Source: Cyanobacteriota bacterium | GTDB lineage: Bacteria; Cyanobacteriota; Cyanobacteriia; Cyanobacteriales; Nostocaceae | Reading direction: 5' to 3' | DNA length: 64,000 nt | Assembly (NCBI GenBank): GCA_046045965.1 | Contig: JBJOKS010000003.1 | Coordinates: 128,001-192,000, forward strand | Part shown: piece by piece, positions 63,570 to 64,000 of the stretch | Layout: each line of letters starts with the position of its first letter | Position numbering within the stretch: the first letter of the stretch is position 1 | Made by a program: the position numbers and the translations under genes | The notes under the pieces: model-generated | Seen by the model: only the letters and a program-made list of their open reading frames with translations | Databases searched by the model: none | Told to the model about the DNA's origin: nothing

Positions 63570-64000
63570 ATGAAACATACTCTTTCTGTTCTTGTAGAAG
63601 ATGAAGCGGGGGTTCTGTCCCGCATTTCCAGTTTATTTGCGCGACGTGGCTTTAATATTGAAAGCCTTGCTGTAGGTCCTGCTGAACAGGGGGGAGTTTC
63701 CCGCATTACGATGGTTGTACCTGGTGACGATCGCGTGATTGAACAACTCACAAAGCAGTTATATAAATTAGTTAATGTCCTGAAAGTACAGGATATTACA
63801 GAGATTCCTTGTGTAGAGCGGGAATTGATGCTTTTAAAGGTGAATGCTACCAGTAGCAACCGTTCTGAGGTGGTGGAACTAGCTCAGATTTTCCGCGCTA
63901 GGGTTGTGGATGTGGCGGAAGATTCTCTAACTTTGGAAGTGGTTGGTGATCCGGGTAAGATGGTAGCGATCGTGCAAGTGTTGCAGAAATTTGGTTTGCG
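63570..64000 (+). CDS. ilvN: acetolactate synthase small (regulatory) subunit, runs off window
   Basis: Not in ORF track; [36 protein letters not shown]...ERELMLLKV. Confidence 0.96.
   Translation, partial: MKHTLSVLVEDEAGVLSRISSLFARRGFNIESLAVGPAEQGGVSRITMVVPGDDRVIEQLTKQLYKLVNVLKVQDITEIPCVERELMLLKVNATSSNRSEVVELAQIFRARVVDVAEDSLTLEVVGDPGKMVAIVQVLQKFGL

Noticed and set aside
63530..63859. 109-aa minus-strand ORF
   Set aside because: Shadow of ilvN on the plus strand

Overview
64 kb of chromosome from a filamentous cyanobacterium, very likely heterocyst-forming Nostocales (abundant HIP1 GCGATCGC, heptameric STRR tracts, a DIF1-type promoter). Most of the window is conserved backbone: cobM, lgt, coaD, cdv3-like, a Pix-type chemotaxis cluster, tRNA-Leu(UAG), alr, arsMS, a two-component pair, ppnK-ndhEGIA, gltA, sixA, cobB, UPF0182, infC, ilvN. 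Accessory elements are a tnpA-less IS200/IS605 element with a rearranged-RuvC TnpB, two identical inverted 131-bp MITEs bracketing a DHH gene, toxin-antitoxin modules and several deletion-fusion scars. The most notable region is 26.0-32.4 kb. There a wHTH-AAA_35 (STAND) gene lies next to four 17-bp operator-like repeats that form two mirror-image promoters (repeat-N22-TAnnnT). One promoter drives a decayed large LamG gene fused by deletion to a WD40 remnant; the other points antisense into the regulator. Other hidden features are a probable NsiR1 sRNA copy with a DIF1 promoter, a candidate Yfr1-seed sibling sRNA, a Yfr1-complementary site on the alr RBS, a PIN/restriction-endonuclease-like chimeric toxin and a GAF-less PixJ-like receptor. 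All family assignments come from motif recognition only; no searches were run.
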